From contig CM119270.1 of NCBI GenBank assembly GCA_051294375.1, positions 15,161,921 to 15,225,920 of the forward strand: DNA of 64,000 bases, in the 5' to 3' direction. The notes under the pieces were generated by a model. The model was not told the origin of the DNA. It did not search any database and was given only the letters and a program-made list of their open reading frames with translations. Below are positions 36,501-47,618 of this stretch, one piece after another (position 1 is the first letter of the stretch; each line of letters begins with the position of its first letter). The DNA comes from Paraspadella gotoi (taxonomy: Eukaryota > Animalia > Chaetognatha). Position numbers and translations under genes: made by a program.

Positions 36501-38560
36501 TTAAGATGCCAATTATGAATTTCCGGCTTAAAAATATAGTTTTTTGTAATTCTAACCTACTTAATGACATAATTTTTGAAAAAGATTTATACTTTCTTTT
36601 ATTAACTTTTAACGAGGAATCTGAATCTGTTCTCAGAATTAAAAAAAAACCATTTTAAAATTTTGACATTATATAAGGGTAGTACTATATACAAAATAAG
36701 CTGACTGGGCTACTATATTTATAAAAAAAGAAAAATAACTACAGATTAGTATTCACTAATATGATAGTTTTCAAGATATAACTGCTAAATTTTGATTCCA
36801 AACTTTCACTTCACTCTAATAAAGAGTGAGTTTAAAAATGGGCAATGATTTTTGAATCTATCTTCCTGCTATCAATCAATATAAAATTTTCACCCATGAA
36901 TAATTTTAATTTTTACTTTTAAATTAATATTTAACATTGAAAAATTCTTCACGAGTTTGCAAATATCAGCTCTTTTTTAGCGGCGGGTTTAAAGTTGTCA
37001 CCATGTAGTAATAAATAATACTTTTTTTGTATCAGCGTACATGGTGACAATTTTACAAGCGCCGGTAGAAATACGCTGTCATTTGCAAACCAGTGGTTAT
37101 TTTATTGATTTTAAAAATTAGTTGAGTAGAACATATTAAAGTCATTTATGTGTTCAAATTTTATATTGATCAGTTAAGATATGCCTTGGCAATGAGTGGA
37201 GAAAGTTGGCTTGTAAAATCGGGTTTCATTTTCTAACTCACTTTTTTAGATTCAATTTTTTTTCTTACTTTCAGTAAGTTTTCTGAAGAGATTTGAAATA
37301 AAATAATATTAATATTATTATCTTCTGAAATACTTGCAAATACTGTAGTATAAAATTTAACCAGCCCAGCTTTAATTTAATTAGGATACTCAAAAACAAG
37401 ACATCTTTCCAAAAATCAATAGCTGGAGGGTAAATTTAAGATTTTTATCAAATTGTGATTGGCTATCTTAAATCTCCTCTTTTCAGGCTCTTTCATGATA
37501 CTTATATAAATAATAATATTTTATGTTATAATAATTTAATCAGGTCATATATTTTTTTTTAAAATATGAAATTTTAGATAATTAACTTTTGACTCTCTTA
37601 ATTGAACCAAGGCTGGGCAGCTTAATTTTTATGTTAGAGCTTTCGTAAGTATATCATTCTCTTCATTTTTTTAAGGGCTTTCTGAGGATATTAATATTGT
37701 TAATATCTTAATAAATACTTTGTTTAAAAAAAAGTTAAAAGTTGAAAAAAAAAATTTAAAAAACAGTGAGTTGGAAAATGAAACCCGATTTTACAAGCCA
37801 ACTTTTTCCACTCATTGCCAAGGCATATCTTAACTGATCAAAAATAAATTTGAACACATAAATGACTTTAATATGTTCTACTCAACTAATTTTTAAAATC
37901 AATGAAATAACCACTGGTTTGCAAATGACAGCGTATTTCTACCGGCGCTTGTAAAATTGTCACCATGTAACTTATAGTTCTTTTCAAAAGAAAATAAATC
38001 ACTAAATAATGCAAATAAGGTTGAGGAACTTTGAGCTCTGTATTCTACAAAATATAAGTCGTACTGCCACTAAATATTTACCGAGAACAGATTTACAAAA
38101 GATTGTATATGCTACAGAAAAGTAGAGGAATGATTTACATCCGAGTGAATAAAATAAACTTATATGGTTATAAACCTTTGCATTTAACTAATTTTTTTGA
38201 ATTTGGTACAATTTACACAACCACAGTGAAAACAATGATAACTTTGGACGACGAGACCTTGACTGAGGAAGGCTCCCAGGTCCTGACTTCGTGATCCTCG
38301 GAGTTTTCTGGCATCCGCGACGGCGAAACATTTTCACGGTGTGGAGGTAGTTTTGCCTTTAAACGTAATTGTTCATCAAATTAAAAGTTGTCATGTGTTG
38401 AGGACCGGTCAAAACTTTACGCAATGAAAGTAATATAGAAGTCATATAGTGACTAAAACCTGTTTGCAGCCGCGGGAGCTTCGTTCCAAAATTTTACCTG
38501 AAATCCTTGTCCAACCCTGATCTCCCCTTCTGGGCCAGGGAGATTGGGGGTGTTGTTCAT
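16262..38560 (-). CDS. RERE: Atrophin / RERE (Grunge) transcriptional corepressor: ELM2-SANT-GATA zinc finger-atrophin domain
   Basis: Exons (5' to 3'): 38560-38498, 38356-38258, 35318-35184, 34806-34714, 31365-31285, 31148-30975, 30880-30760, 29289-29113, 28970-28581, 28363-28092, 27670-27035, 26862-26542, 26468-26388, 26261-25850, 25331-25168, 25082-24969, 24813-24707, 24616-24459, 24227-24052, 23441-23205, 23090-23037, 22987-22798, 22666-22569, 22423-22343, 22248-22097, 21987-21714, 21607-21407, 21316-21140, 21014-20112, 19705-19458, 19357-18970, 17834-17737, 17553-17419, 17323-17124, 16385-16262. Motifs: [11 protein letters not shown] and [18 protein letters not shown] (ELM2), [20 protein letters not shown]...[10 protein letters not shown] (SANT), CHHC...CLNC (GATA-type), [54 protein letters not shown]. 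The phase at the junction near 23205/23090 does not reconcile. Confidence 0.93.
16518..17118. mobile_element. Foldback hAT-like MITE, family B
   Basis: Termini TAGAGCGTAGTGAAA / TTTTACTACGCCTTA. Long internal inverted arms (CATTAAGTGGGT / ACCCACTTAATG; TGCAGATTTGAATTC / GAATCCAAATCTGCA). Second copy at 49442-50535. Confidence 0.85.
23525..23685 (-). mobile_element. Decayed copy of the twister-bearing SINE-like element (same family as 30032 and 45362)
   Basis: Reverse complement reads AATAAACTAGACTGTGAGTCTTAATTGAAAGCTTACAGGGTCTTGCTAT...TAAGAGGAACGGAGGCCTCAACCC... and aligns by eye to 45362-45540. The ribozyme core is mutated and partly deleted. Confidence 0.75.
23765..23948 (+). mobile_element. 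tRNA-derived SINE-like element containing a twister-like ribozyme
   Basis: GC-rich island in an AT-rich intron. tRNA-like TTCGCCTCCCAACC...GTGTTCAATCCC (B-box-like) is followed by the twister fold. Confidence 0.6.
23814..23895 (+). ncRNA. Twister ribozyme-like motif, P5-type permutation
   Basis: P5 GCTGGT/GCTGGC; TAA; P2' ATGT; GA; T1 TGG; P1 GGTCGGCA; U|AA at 23840-42; P2 ATAC; GCT; P3 GTGAC/GTCAC; P4 CTAGG/CCT(G)AG; L4 TCCAAAGC. Confidence 0.65.
30032..30206 (+). mobile_element. SINE-like dispersed repeat of about 175 bp with a twister core
   Basis: Near-identical to 45362-45540. Confidence 0.85.
30092..30154 (+). ncRNA. Twister ribozyme-like motif, P5-type
   Basis: P5 TATCTTG/CAAGATA; TAA; GAGT; GA; TGG; palindromic AGGCCT; U|AA at 30117-19; ACC; AC-C; P4 CCTTG/CAGGG; L4 CCAAAGT. 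Confidence 0.6.
30572..30620 (+). ncRNA. Minimal type-I hammerhead ribozyme, Penelope-like element type
   Basis: CTGATGA (30578-84), A, stem II GACTCTA/ATTG/TAGAGTC, GAAA, palindromic stem III ACATGT and a GUC cleavage triplet (30611-13). Stem I is weak. Confidence 0.7.
35513..37005. mobile_element. Tc1/mariner-like MITE (TA TSD) with a nested hAT MITE
   Basis: TIRs ATGGTGACAATTTTAAACCCGCCGCTAAAAAA / TTTTTTAGCGGCGGGTTTAAAGTTGTCACCATG, flanked by TA on both sides. Confidence 0.85.
36205..36818 (-). mobile_element. hAT-like MITE, family A, with 8-bp TSD ATAAAGAG
   Basis: TIRs TAGAGTGATGTGAAA / TTTCACTTCACTCTA. Perfect TSD at 36197-36204 and 36819-36826. Homologous to 13909-14602. Confidence 0.9.
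37040..37967. mobile_element. Tc1/mariner-like MITE with near-perfect TIRs of about 200 bp and TA TSD
   Basis: TA|CATGGTGACAATTTTACAAGCGCCGGTAGAAATACGCTGTC... and ...GACAGCGTATTTCTACCGGCGCTTGTAAAATTGTCACCATG|TA. Related to 35513-37005. Confidence 0.92.
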
Positions 38561-40412
38561 GAGATTGTCTGAGGATTTCCCTCTTTCCGCGAACTTTTCA
38601 TCTTCTTTAATTTCACCGCCGGTTTTCTTTCTTTTAGTCTCGCTTTATTTGACGTCTGTAGTAGTAGTTTTTATTATTATTGTTTTTGTTTAGTTAATTT
38701 ACTTTCAGTTGTCATTCTTTCGGTTTTGTTTATAACCTTGTCAGTTTATTCTTTTACGCGTTCGAGGCTACAAGGTAGTCTTGCCTTTGATTTATTTGCA
38801 CCCTCGAACATGTTTCCTTTCTTTTAGTCAATTCACCGTCGAATCCGCGGCCTCCGAGTTACGATTCGAGGTACATTTTATACTACAATTATTATTAATA
38901 TTATGCTATATTCAAAGTGTTATTTTAAAGTTAACTTGCAAGAAATAATCGTAGGGGATAGTACTTCTACAGGTCCGGTATTCGGTCAGAAAAGACGTTA
39001 AATCTGGGGAAATTTTGAGTACTTGTAGCAAACTTCCTCCAATTTTCGAGGTACTCGCCTCACGATTCGTAGTTGTCGTTTTTATTTTGGGAGCTGTAAG
39101 TAAATAACAATTTCGGAGTGGATAGAATCAAAGGATCTTTTCGGTAAAACGTTATCAGGGTCTGAATTTTAAAATCGAGTCATGACCTTCGCAGTAATTT
39201 TTTTTCAAAAGGAGAGGCAGCACTGTTCTCGCGATGGTCAATATTACGGTGGTTTCGAAAGAGAAGGATTTCGAGTCAGTCCCAGAAAACAATGGGAACG
39301 AGCCATTAAAAACCTTGTTCCTGGGTCCTGGGTCAAAAATCCTTTCGGCCCCGAACAAAAGAACTTCACAACGTTGCTTCGATTTCCGCCGCAGAGAAAA
39401 TTGGCGCTTCTGCCTGGAGCTGAACTGGATTCGGGAACACTTCCATCCATGAACAAAAGGCGTTTTAGTACATATTATGTTGCAAGAAAACATGAGCGAT
39501 AGTATCGTTAAATTTTACTACTTTTAAACGTTTAGCTTAAAAAGAACCTTCCCTGTACTACAGATACGCCAAAATCTGACAAACCTTTCCAGAACGCCGC
39601 ATAACCATAAAGACTAAAAAAGATAACCTTTTCGAGGCAGATTGAAAGAAAAACCAACAATTTCAAAACAAGACTGTAATCAAGAACGTTAAGGGAATTG
39701 AAAAAAAAATGCAATCTTACAGCTTAAAATTTAAAAGATTCATTAATATCAAATAGGATTAAAATCATATTCTGACAAATGAAGCGATCATTTTTTCTAA
39801 ATTAATTTTTCTAAAAAAATGATGGTCTGAAAATTATGGGGAAAGCATCATTTTTTACAACAAATTGACAGTCGAATTTTCTCAAGCCTTTTATGAACTT
39901 GAAAACAATTTTTTTCTACTTGTAAAAAATAGAGATAAAAATAACCCTTTTTTTCACTCAAAAAAGGACATAAAATCAAAGGGGAAAATTTTATCTGTTT
40001 ACAATTGTTGGCACATTAAGGATAACAGGTTAACCGTTGATAGAACGGTGAACCTCTAGAATATCACATATTTATTCAACTTCTGACTAGAATTAAACCA
40101 TAAAGAAATTTACTTAAAAAAAATTAAATTCAGTATTTTTCGGAAAAAAAGTAGCCAAATTCGAATGAGTTTGCATGTACAACCTTTTAATAAAAATATG
40201 CAAAATTACTCAAATTTTGTCAAGTTTTCCCGATCCGAAAGACCCAAAAAATTAGCACACCTCTTGGTTCTTATGAGATAAACGATAATCCTATATCAAG
40301 GATTACGGTTAATAATAAAGATACATTGTATACATCTATTCGATCACACCAAGGACAATTTTACTTCTAGAACCAGCCACGCTTTCTTGCTCGCTCTCTC
40401 TCTCTCTCCTCT

Positions 40413-40486
<74 letters not shown>

Positions 40487-40614
40487 TACGTTAACAACAT
40501 CGAGCGCTCGTTACGTCACACAAGCGCCGTAGCTGATTACTCTCGGCGTTAAATTCTGGAAAGTGCGCTGTGCCGCCCACAGTGCTATGCGTGTCACTTC
40601 CGGTCTATCGCTTC

Positions 40615-40998
40615 TCACGAGACCGCATCGTAGGGAACGGGGGAAATGCCGGCGGCGTTGCTAACGTTGATGTTGTGAATGGCGAATCCACCAGAGGGCG
40701 AATCCTGGTTGCCAAAAACAAATGAACATTTTCTTCTTACTAGAAAATAAGTATATAATATATTTACATAGCTTTTTAATGGTTAATTTGTCAGGTTCAA
40801 GTTCAAGACGAATCCACTCACCGGAGAGAGAAAATTCACGGGAATCGAGACTGGATGACACAAAGGAGGGCACGGTGAGCGGGGATTCAGCTTGCTCTGA
40901 TATTCAAAAAATAATAATTTGGACTATTAATTGTAATATAAACTACGTATATAAGTTCTCTCACATTACTGTCAATAACACCTTCATTCATTTTCAAT

Positions 40999-41053
<55 letters not shown>

Positions 41054-41336
41054 CAGACTAGACACCTCGATGGCTGGATGAACCAAATTGGGGTGGAGGG
41101 CGATCGGTACGTAGAAAGTTCCCGAGGGGTGAAGAGCAAAGCAGGGTATGCCGATCGGGGCTGGGCTACCAGCAGCTGCGGCTACAGCTGCCGGCGCCGC
41201 TGCGGGGTTGACCGTTTCGGCTGACGACGTCGACTCAGGGGGAGAGGGCGTCATCGAGGAAGAGAAGCATCCGTCCTCCTTTTGATCCTGGAATCGTTGT
41301 TGTTGTAGGTATATTCTTATGGATTGATTTATGTAT

Positions 41337-41390
<54 letters not shown>

Positions 41391-44300
41391 GTAATATTTA
41401 ATCAGCTCCTATTATCATAAAATAACTCAGTGATTGCTCCTTTTTGCTCCTATTCCCTCACTCTTTGCCCCTGCTTACTCTTCGTCCTCTGAAGTTCCTT
41501 ACCTCCGAATCCCTTACCCAATATCCCGACTTCTTAATTTCGCTCCTATTCCCCCCCACCTTTTGCTCCTGCTTCCTCTTCATCCTGATATGCTCCTCCA
41601 TTATCTTTTCCTTTGAGTCCTTGGAGTTGTGTCCCCGCATCCGGTTGAAGAGGGCGGCGGAGGAGGAGGCGTGACAACCGGCGGATATTCTGGGGGCGGA
41701 GACGGCGGGGTGGGCGGAGGGATCTGGTGGGACAGAGGACCCGTCGGCGAAGGAGATGTTGGATGGACCGACTGTGCAGCAACCCTGTGAAGGCGGGAGG
41801 TAAAATTCGGTTTAAACTTAGTTTACGCTAAAAATATGTAATAATAATTGAAGGAAAATACAATATTAAACGAGTTGGGTGGTTACAAGATTTTATAACA
41901 ATCAGTAGACGAATGATCTATAAATAAACATTAAGAAAATGATAACGATATTAATTTCTCTTTCGGCCAACCTCGTAAGCTTGACAAGTGGTTGTCGACG
42001 GGTCGCACGAACTCCACGATTTGGAGTGACTCAAGGAATCAATCGGAGTCGCGGGTGGAGAAATGGTCGTCGAAGGGATGGAAGGGATCGTCGACGGTGG
42101 CGCTTGGGCGTCGGGATCGCTCGAGAAACGTTGCTTGATGTCCTTGAAGGAAGAGAATAGAGAATAAGAGAATAAGAGAAGATAATGCTCAAGAGAATAC
42201 TTGGGAAAAATTTTAAAGCAATAGGTTTTAAAAAAAAACCTATAAACAAACTTAAAAGTTATAAAACTGCTCAATAGACTCTCTAAACGAGGCTATTATC
42301 ATCAAGTAACAAAAATAACCTAAACAATAATAACAATAAACAAAAATAAAAACAACAGCAAAAACTTCATCAGCAGCAGCCACCTTTTTAAAGTTGTAAA
42401 CTGAATCTGGCGATTTGGAGTCGCAATTCGCGTCGCATGGAACCGCGCCCCCAGGATGTCTGTTAAGAGGTTTTACTTTTAAATTTAAGGTACGTATGTG
42501 TAACTAGTATCGTTTATTACCATACCTTCGGCAATTGTCATTTTAATTTCTTTATTTATATAGCAAATTTATCCACCTGCAATCAGTTTCTTTGGCCCCG
42601 ACGGATTTCGCTTCGTCCAGGATGATGATGGGTTTGTCTTCGTTGGAGTCGCGTTTTCCGGACAAGACTGTGCGACCGCGCGGGTGAGAAAGTAGATGTT
42701 AAAAAGGAAAGTTAACAAAAAAAAAAAAGAAATTCAACAAATGAACAGCCGAGTTTCGATCAACCTTTATTTTTGGAAACATTAAATCTTTCGGAATGAA
42801 ACTTTTTCGTTCGATGATCGTCAATCGATTCTCTCCCACCTTTTTCGACTTTTTCCTTCGTCTCGAATTTGGGGAGATTTGGATCCGGTTTCGACAAAAG
42901 TTCTCTCAGAGTCGCTTCCGCGCTTCCGGTTCCGCTGTCTAAAAAAAAAAAAAACTTAACTTTAATTTGTTTTCTATTTTCTAACTTACCCATTTTCTTT
43001 TCTTCTCTATTCCTTTTCTTTTCTTTCTCTATTCCTTTTCTATTTTTCTTTTCTTTCTTCTTATTTCTTCTCCTTTCGTTTTCTTTTCTTTTCTTTTCAT
43101 TTCTTTTCTTTTCTTTTCTTTTATTTTCTTTTCCTTCCGCTACTTTTCTTTCTTTTCTACAATATTTTTCTTTGTATTATTTTCTCTCTTTTCGTTGCTG
43201 AGTGGATATTGAGAAGGGTTTAATATTTTTGCCAATACAACGATTTTATTATTATTAGGACATGTTTCGACTCGAACCAATAGAGTCGAAAAATGTCCTA
43301 CTAATAATAAAATCGTTGTATTAGCAAAAATATTAAACCCTTTGTGGCGGTACCTTCTCAATAAATATTTTTTCTACTACTTTCTTTTCTTTTTTTTTGC
43401 AATGCCCTTTTTTACTTGGTCTCCATTTTTTTTCTTTCCTCTCATTTTCCCCCTCCCCCATTTTATTATTAACTGTTCTCTAATCAAATTAATTTCTTTT
43501 CCGCCAAATTTCTTGTTCTTTCCTTCCTTATCTCCTCTTTCTTTTCACCTGTCTCCGCTCGATTCGATTCCTTCTCCTTTTCTTCCGCCATCTCCGTTTC
43601 CTCCATCTTTAGTTCTTCTCTCAACGCGCGATTCATCAAATGGAAACTCGAAACCGAGGAATAACCTAACGAGCAAATTATACAGTATTTTTACAAAATA
43701 AATTTACGTCATATAACTAACCTATTTAATCCGTTCATCGATCAATTAATCATTAAATTAATAATTCTTTCAATCAATCAATCAATCTATTAATCAATTA
43801 ATCTATTATCTTTTAATCTATCAATCAATCAATCCTAGATAACAACATAATTACATAGCTAAACATAACAAAAATCTTAAANNNNNNNNNNGGCTCGATA
43901 AAAACCAGACTAAAACCTTCAGCCGTTTTGAGCTCCATTAGGAATTATAATAATCAAGTGCTCAACAATAAATAACTTACCAGAGGATTCGCTGCTTTTG
44001 GTGAGGCAACGAGAGGAAACGGATGAAGAATCCCCGTCTGAAAAGAGACCTATTGATCATTAGTTACCGATGAGATATTCCCCCCCCCCTCTCCCCCCCA
44101 ACATTAGTCTCCGCAATCACCCACCCGGCTCGGAGGCTTGGAGATCGCCGCTGGCTGACTGGGACTCCGTCGTTCCATCGTTGCCTCCCTGTAAACATAA
44201 AATATCTCAAGACTAGTTTATAAGTTTATTATAATTACTATTTTATATCACAATTTTGACTTGACACTCACTCGACTGGATTTCAAGTTTGGCGACGAGG

Positions 44301-46999
44301 GCTCCGTCTTCGTCGACGGCGCGCCCACCAAAGCCACTGAGAAACGACGCAAAAGAAAATTGAATCAAAATTTAAATGAAGAAATCTAAAGACAGACTCG
44401 CAGGAAAAAAACAAGGGGCAAACGGACGGACGGACGGACTGAAAGGATGAAGAGTTTTTTTTTTTTTTCGTTCTCACTAGATTGCTTGACGACCTTCTCT
44501 CTCTCCGCCAAAAAGTTAACGACGCGAACGAAAAGTCGATCTTTGGTGGTGAGTCCCTCCTGGTCCATAAGGAAGCGCATCAGTTCTGTCCCGCATTCTG
44601 GAGTGAGAGAGATGGATTGAGTTGTTGTCGTCGTTAAGTGTGAAGTTATCAGTTAAAAGTTTATGAGAATGATAATGTTTCTGTTTATGCAATGCACATG
44701 TCAGTGTTTATGACGATGCGATAAAATATTAAGATTAAACCGATGATAATTAAAATAACCGTTCATCGTTAAACAAAAAAGATGTAGTCGCTGATATGTG
44801 ACTCGAGACTTGAATGAAACGATCAAACAATCATAAAATCTTTCCATACCTGACAAATAAATATATATATTATATATACTATATACTATTCAAACGTCTC
44901 TGCCAAAACACCCTACCTTTGTAGCCCATGAGGAATCTCTCCGCTTTCTGTTTGTCTTCTTCGATTTGACTTTTCGAAAATTCCAAGTTGGAATCCACGA
45001 TTTTTTCTAAATAAAATGACATCAAATAATGAATAACAATAAACGGTTCTGTTTAAAATGATTTTTTAAAAAAAAATATCCTAATGTTTTTTTTCTTTTA
45101 CATTCCTATCCTAATTCCTCTTCTTAAAGTCGTTATCCAGGTTCCTCACCTTTAGGCAAAATGTTGTGGAGATGCTTGAGATGCTTGGTCGCCATCTCGA
45201 TGATCTCTGTCTTTTCTATCCTCCCCTGACCCTGCTTGATGTAGTGGGTAGGGATGAGTCGGCTCAGATCCGCCAAGCAGTTGTTCATGCGATCTCGACG
45301 TCGTTTCTCGATGATTCGGTGAGACATGGGGTCCTAGGAAAATGTCCACGTTACGGTTATTGTGAATAAACGAGACTGTGAGAGAGTCTTGATTGAAAGC
45401 TTGCAGGGACCTGCTATGTCATTATCTTGTAAGAGTGATGGAGGCCTTAAACCACCAAAGCCTGTCCAAAGTCAGGGGCAAGATAGCTTATTTATTAAAT
45501 GAATGGATAATTTTTATATTGGTTGTACCAATTTCATAATACAATGTCGGAAAACTTGAAATAAGTTCAATCGCGTGACATTATTAAAATTAGAGGTGGA
45601 AAAACATGTCGAAATGGCTTTCTTTTAGATAATTTCTTTCAATGGATATTATTTATCATGAATATTTTTTAAATAAAAAATTAAGACGTTTACTCTGGGC
45701 GTCTTTTGTTTTCGCGTGAACGCAAAGTCATCTTGATCTTCGGGGACCGTTGAAAAATTTAAGTTCCTGCGCAAAAGAAAAAAAGGAAAAAAATTGAAGG
45801 AATTAAAAGAAAAACAAAAATACCCCCCCCCAAAACTTGATAATGATTTCTCACTTAATGCTAGACAGTCCGTCGCTTGCAGAAGCTTCGTTTTGATCCG
45901 TTGATTTCGTCATTGAATTCGAATTAATCATCTTAATGAAAAATAATTATTCGAGCTCTATAATATATGTATTTTAAAATTTTCTCCAACATTTCCCGTT
46001 TAAATCCTTGTACTATCTACGTTCTTTTCTTATCTATTCTACCTCTCTCTTCTTCGTTTTTCGTTTTCTCATTCTCTTTTAAATTCCATAGCTTCTCTTC
46101 AATTTCGGACTGAAAAAAAAATCCCGTTTTTTTACTTTATTTCATCCAAAATGACAAAAAAAAAAAAAAAAAAAAAAAAACTCGTTCCTTTTACTTCAGT
46201 TACGAAACACGTGTTACGCAACGGGTTTCGACGACGATGACGACGACGATGACGACGACCTTTCCAAGGCGACAATGACAAAATTGACTAAGAGTATGAT
46301 TCTGAGGACGACGACAATGATGACGATTTTCTCAACAGACGCAAAGTAAAAATATAACAAATATAACAAATCTAAAAGTTGAAAATAAACTAAATTGACC
46401 AGAACGAAGACAACGACGACGACAAGAATTCTCTTTCAAAAGCTCGCTTGACAGGTTCGGCGGCGCTGATGCCCCTACTTTCCTCGGAACCTCACCCGAA
46501 TTCCTCGTGACCTCCTCACCTGAGCCTCCGTCGGTGTCGATGACATCGTCACATGCGGCGAGGGGATCTCGACTCTGAAATGAAACGTGACAGGAAATTG
46601 GGAATTTTGAATTCGTGACGAGTCACGAGTCACATTACGGATATGAGACCCCTTTTTTTTTTCGATCCTTGTATGAATTTACGAAATATATACAACATGT
46701 GCGAGACGCTGTTGAACAACGGATGTCTTTGTGTCGATGTAAACGTGACATCGCAGAAACAATCGTTTCATTGTTCGAAGACGAACAATGATCAATGAAA
46801 AAATTAAATACAATATTTGTTAAGAACCGGTTCCCGTAATTTTACGATTCATAATTAATTCCATAAAAGCGATAGAAAAAGGTAAAAATACTTGCACTAT
46901 TAAATATAGATTCAAGTCGAGTGATAATTAGCGTCATTTTAGTCTTAAAACGTGCAGTTTGAAAACCGATTTTCGTTACAGAAACATACTGGGACACAT

Positions 47000-47039
<40 letters not shown>

Positions 47040-47618
47040 CAATGCAAGTTTTTATTTCAAATTTTTTTTTAATTACTACTCATTGTCATTGTTATTATAA
47101 CGAGACTGACTTGGGCGTGGAAACGGGGACCAACGCAGGTGGAGTCGGCGTCGGCCGGATGGAGCCGATGCCGCTGAAGGAAGGTTTCATGAAATCAGAT
47201 TGAGGACTGAATCTAGCCGAAGATGAGAGACGGGGACACAAAATGGCAGGGGATAATCAGTTTATAAACAACATCATAAACGGTAGTTAATGAATCGTTC
47301 TTTGTGATCCACCGGTGGATAATTAGATAAAACGACTAAATTTAACCAAAAAATGGATGCACTCAGTTGGTAATATGAAATACCATTTTTTTAACGGCAT
47401 TATGGAAATAAATCAATATGTTGATTTAATTATTTTTTTCTATTTTTTTTCAATTTTAGTGTATTTGTTGCGTTAAATTCTAAGCAATCAGCACCGAAAA
47501 TCAGGATATGTATACTTGTATAGTACCTTTCCATGATGGTTCCATTGCTTCCTACCGGGTCGGCAATGTCGACCTTAAAACGCTTGCTCGGACGGTAAAT
47601 TGCCCCTTGTGAATCCAT
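40615..47618 (-). CDS. cwo: Clockwork orange (bHLH-Orange transcriptional repressor)
   Basis: Phase-consistent exons: 47618-47527, 47212-47111 (alternative first exon 45931-45855), 45766-45694, 45333-45150 ([28 protein letters not shown]...[11 protein letters not shown], bHLH), 45006-44917, 44597-44478 (Orange: [16 protein letters not shown]), 44336-44272, 44188-44125, 44037-43981, 42938-42765, 42667-42577, 42459-42384, 42142-41972 (YNFKK-DIKQRF), 41784-41503, 41287-41066 ([15 protein letters not shown]), 40896-40822 (HPVSIPVNF), 40704-40615. The C-terminal motifs are characteristic of the cwo subfamily. Confidence 0.9.
43214..43342. repeat. Near-perfect hairpin of about 130 bp made from inverted Penelope/hammerhead 3' halves
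   Basis: AAGGGTTTAATATTTTTGCC...GGACATGTTTCGACTC / GAGTCGAAAAATGTCC...GCAAAAATATTAAACCCTT. The inner arm is the reverse complement of 30599-30613. Confidence 0.8.
45362..45540 (+). mobile_element. SINE-like dispersed repeat of about 178 bp with a twister core (cwo intron, antisense)
   Basis: Near-identical to 30032-30206. Confidence 0.85.
45423..45485 (+). ncRNA. Twister ribozyme-like motif, P5-type (best-preserved copy)
   Basis: P5 TATCTTG/CAAGATA; TAA; P2' GAGT; GA; T1 TGG pairing with CCA; palindromic P1 AGGCCT; U|AA at 45448-50; P2 ACC; T2 AC pairing with GT; P4 CCTG/CAGG; L4 TCCAAAGT. Confidence 0.7.
46205..46750. promoter_or_regulatory. Putative cwo proximal/intronic clock-element cluster
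   Basis: CACGTG at 46208 abutting TTACGCAA at 46214. CACGAG/CTCGTG at 46504 and 46624. AACGTG at 46584 and 46742. Lies upstream of the alternative first exon. Confidence 0.45.

Noticed and set aside
39155-39502. Overlapping 70-112 aa ORFs between cwo and atrophin
   Set aside because: No domain motif. Likely UTR or intron sequence.
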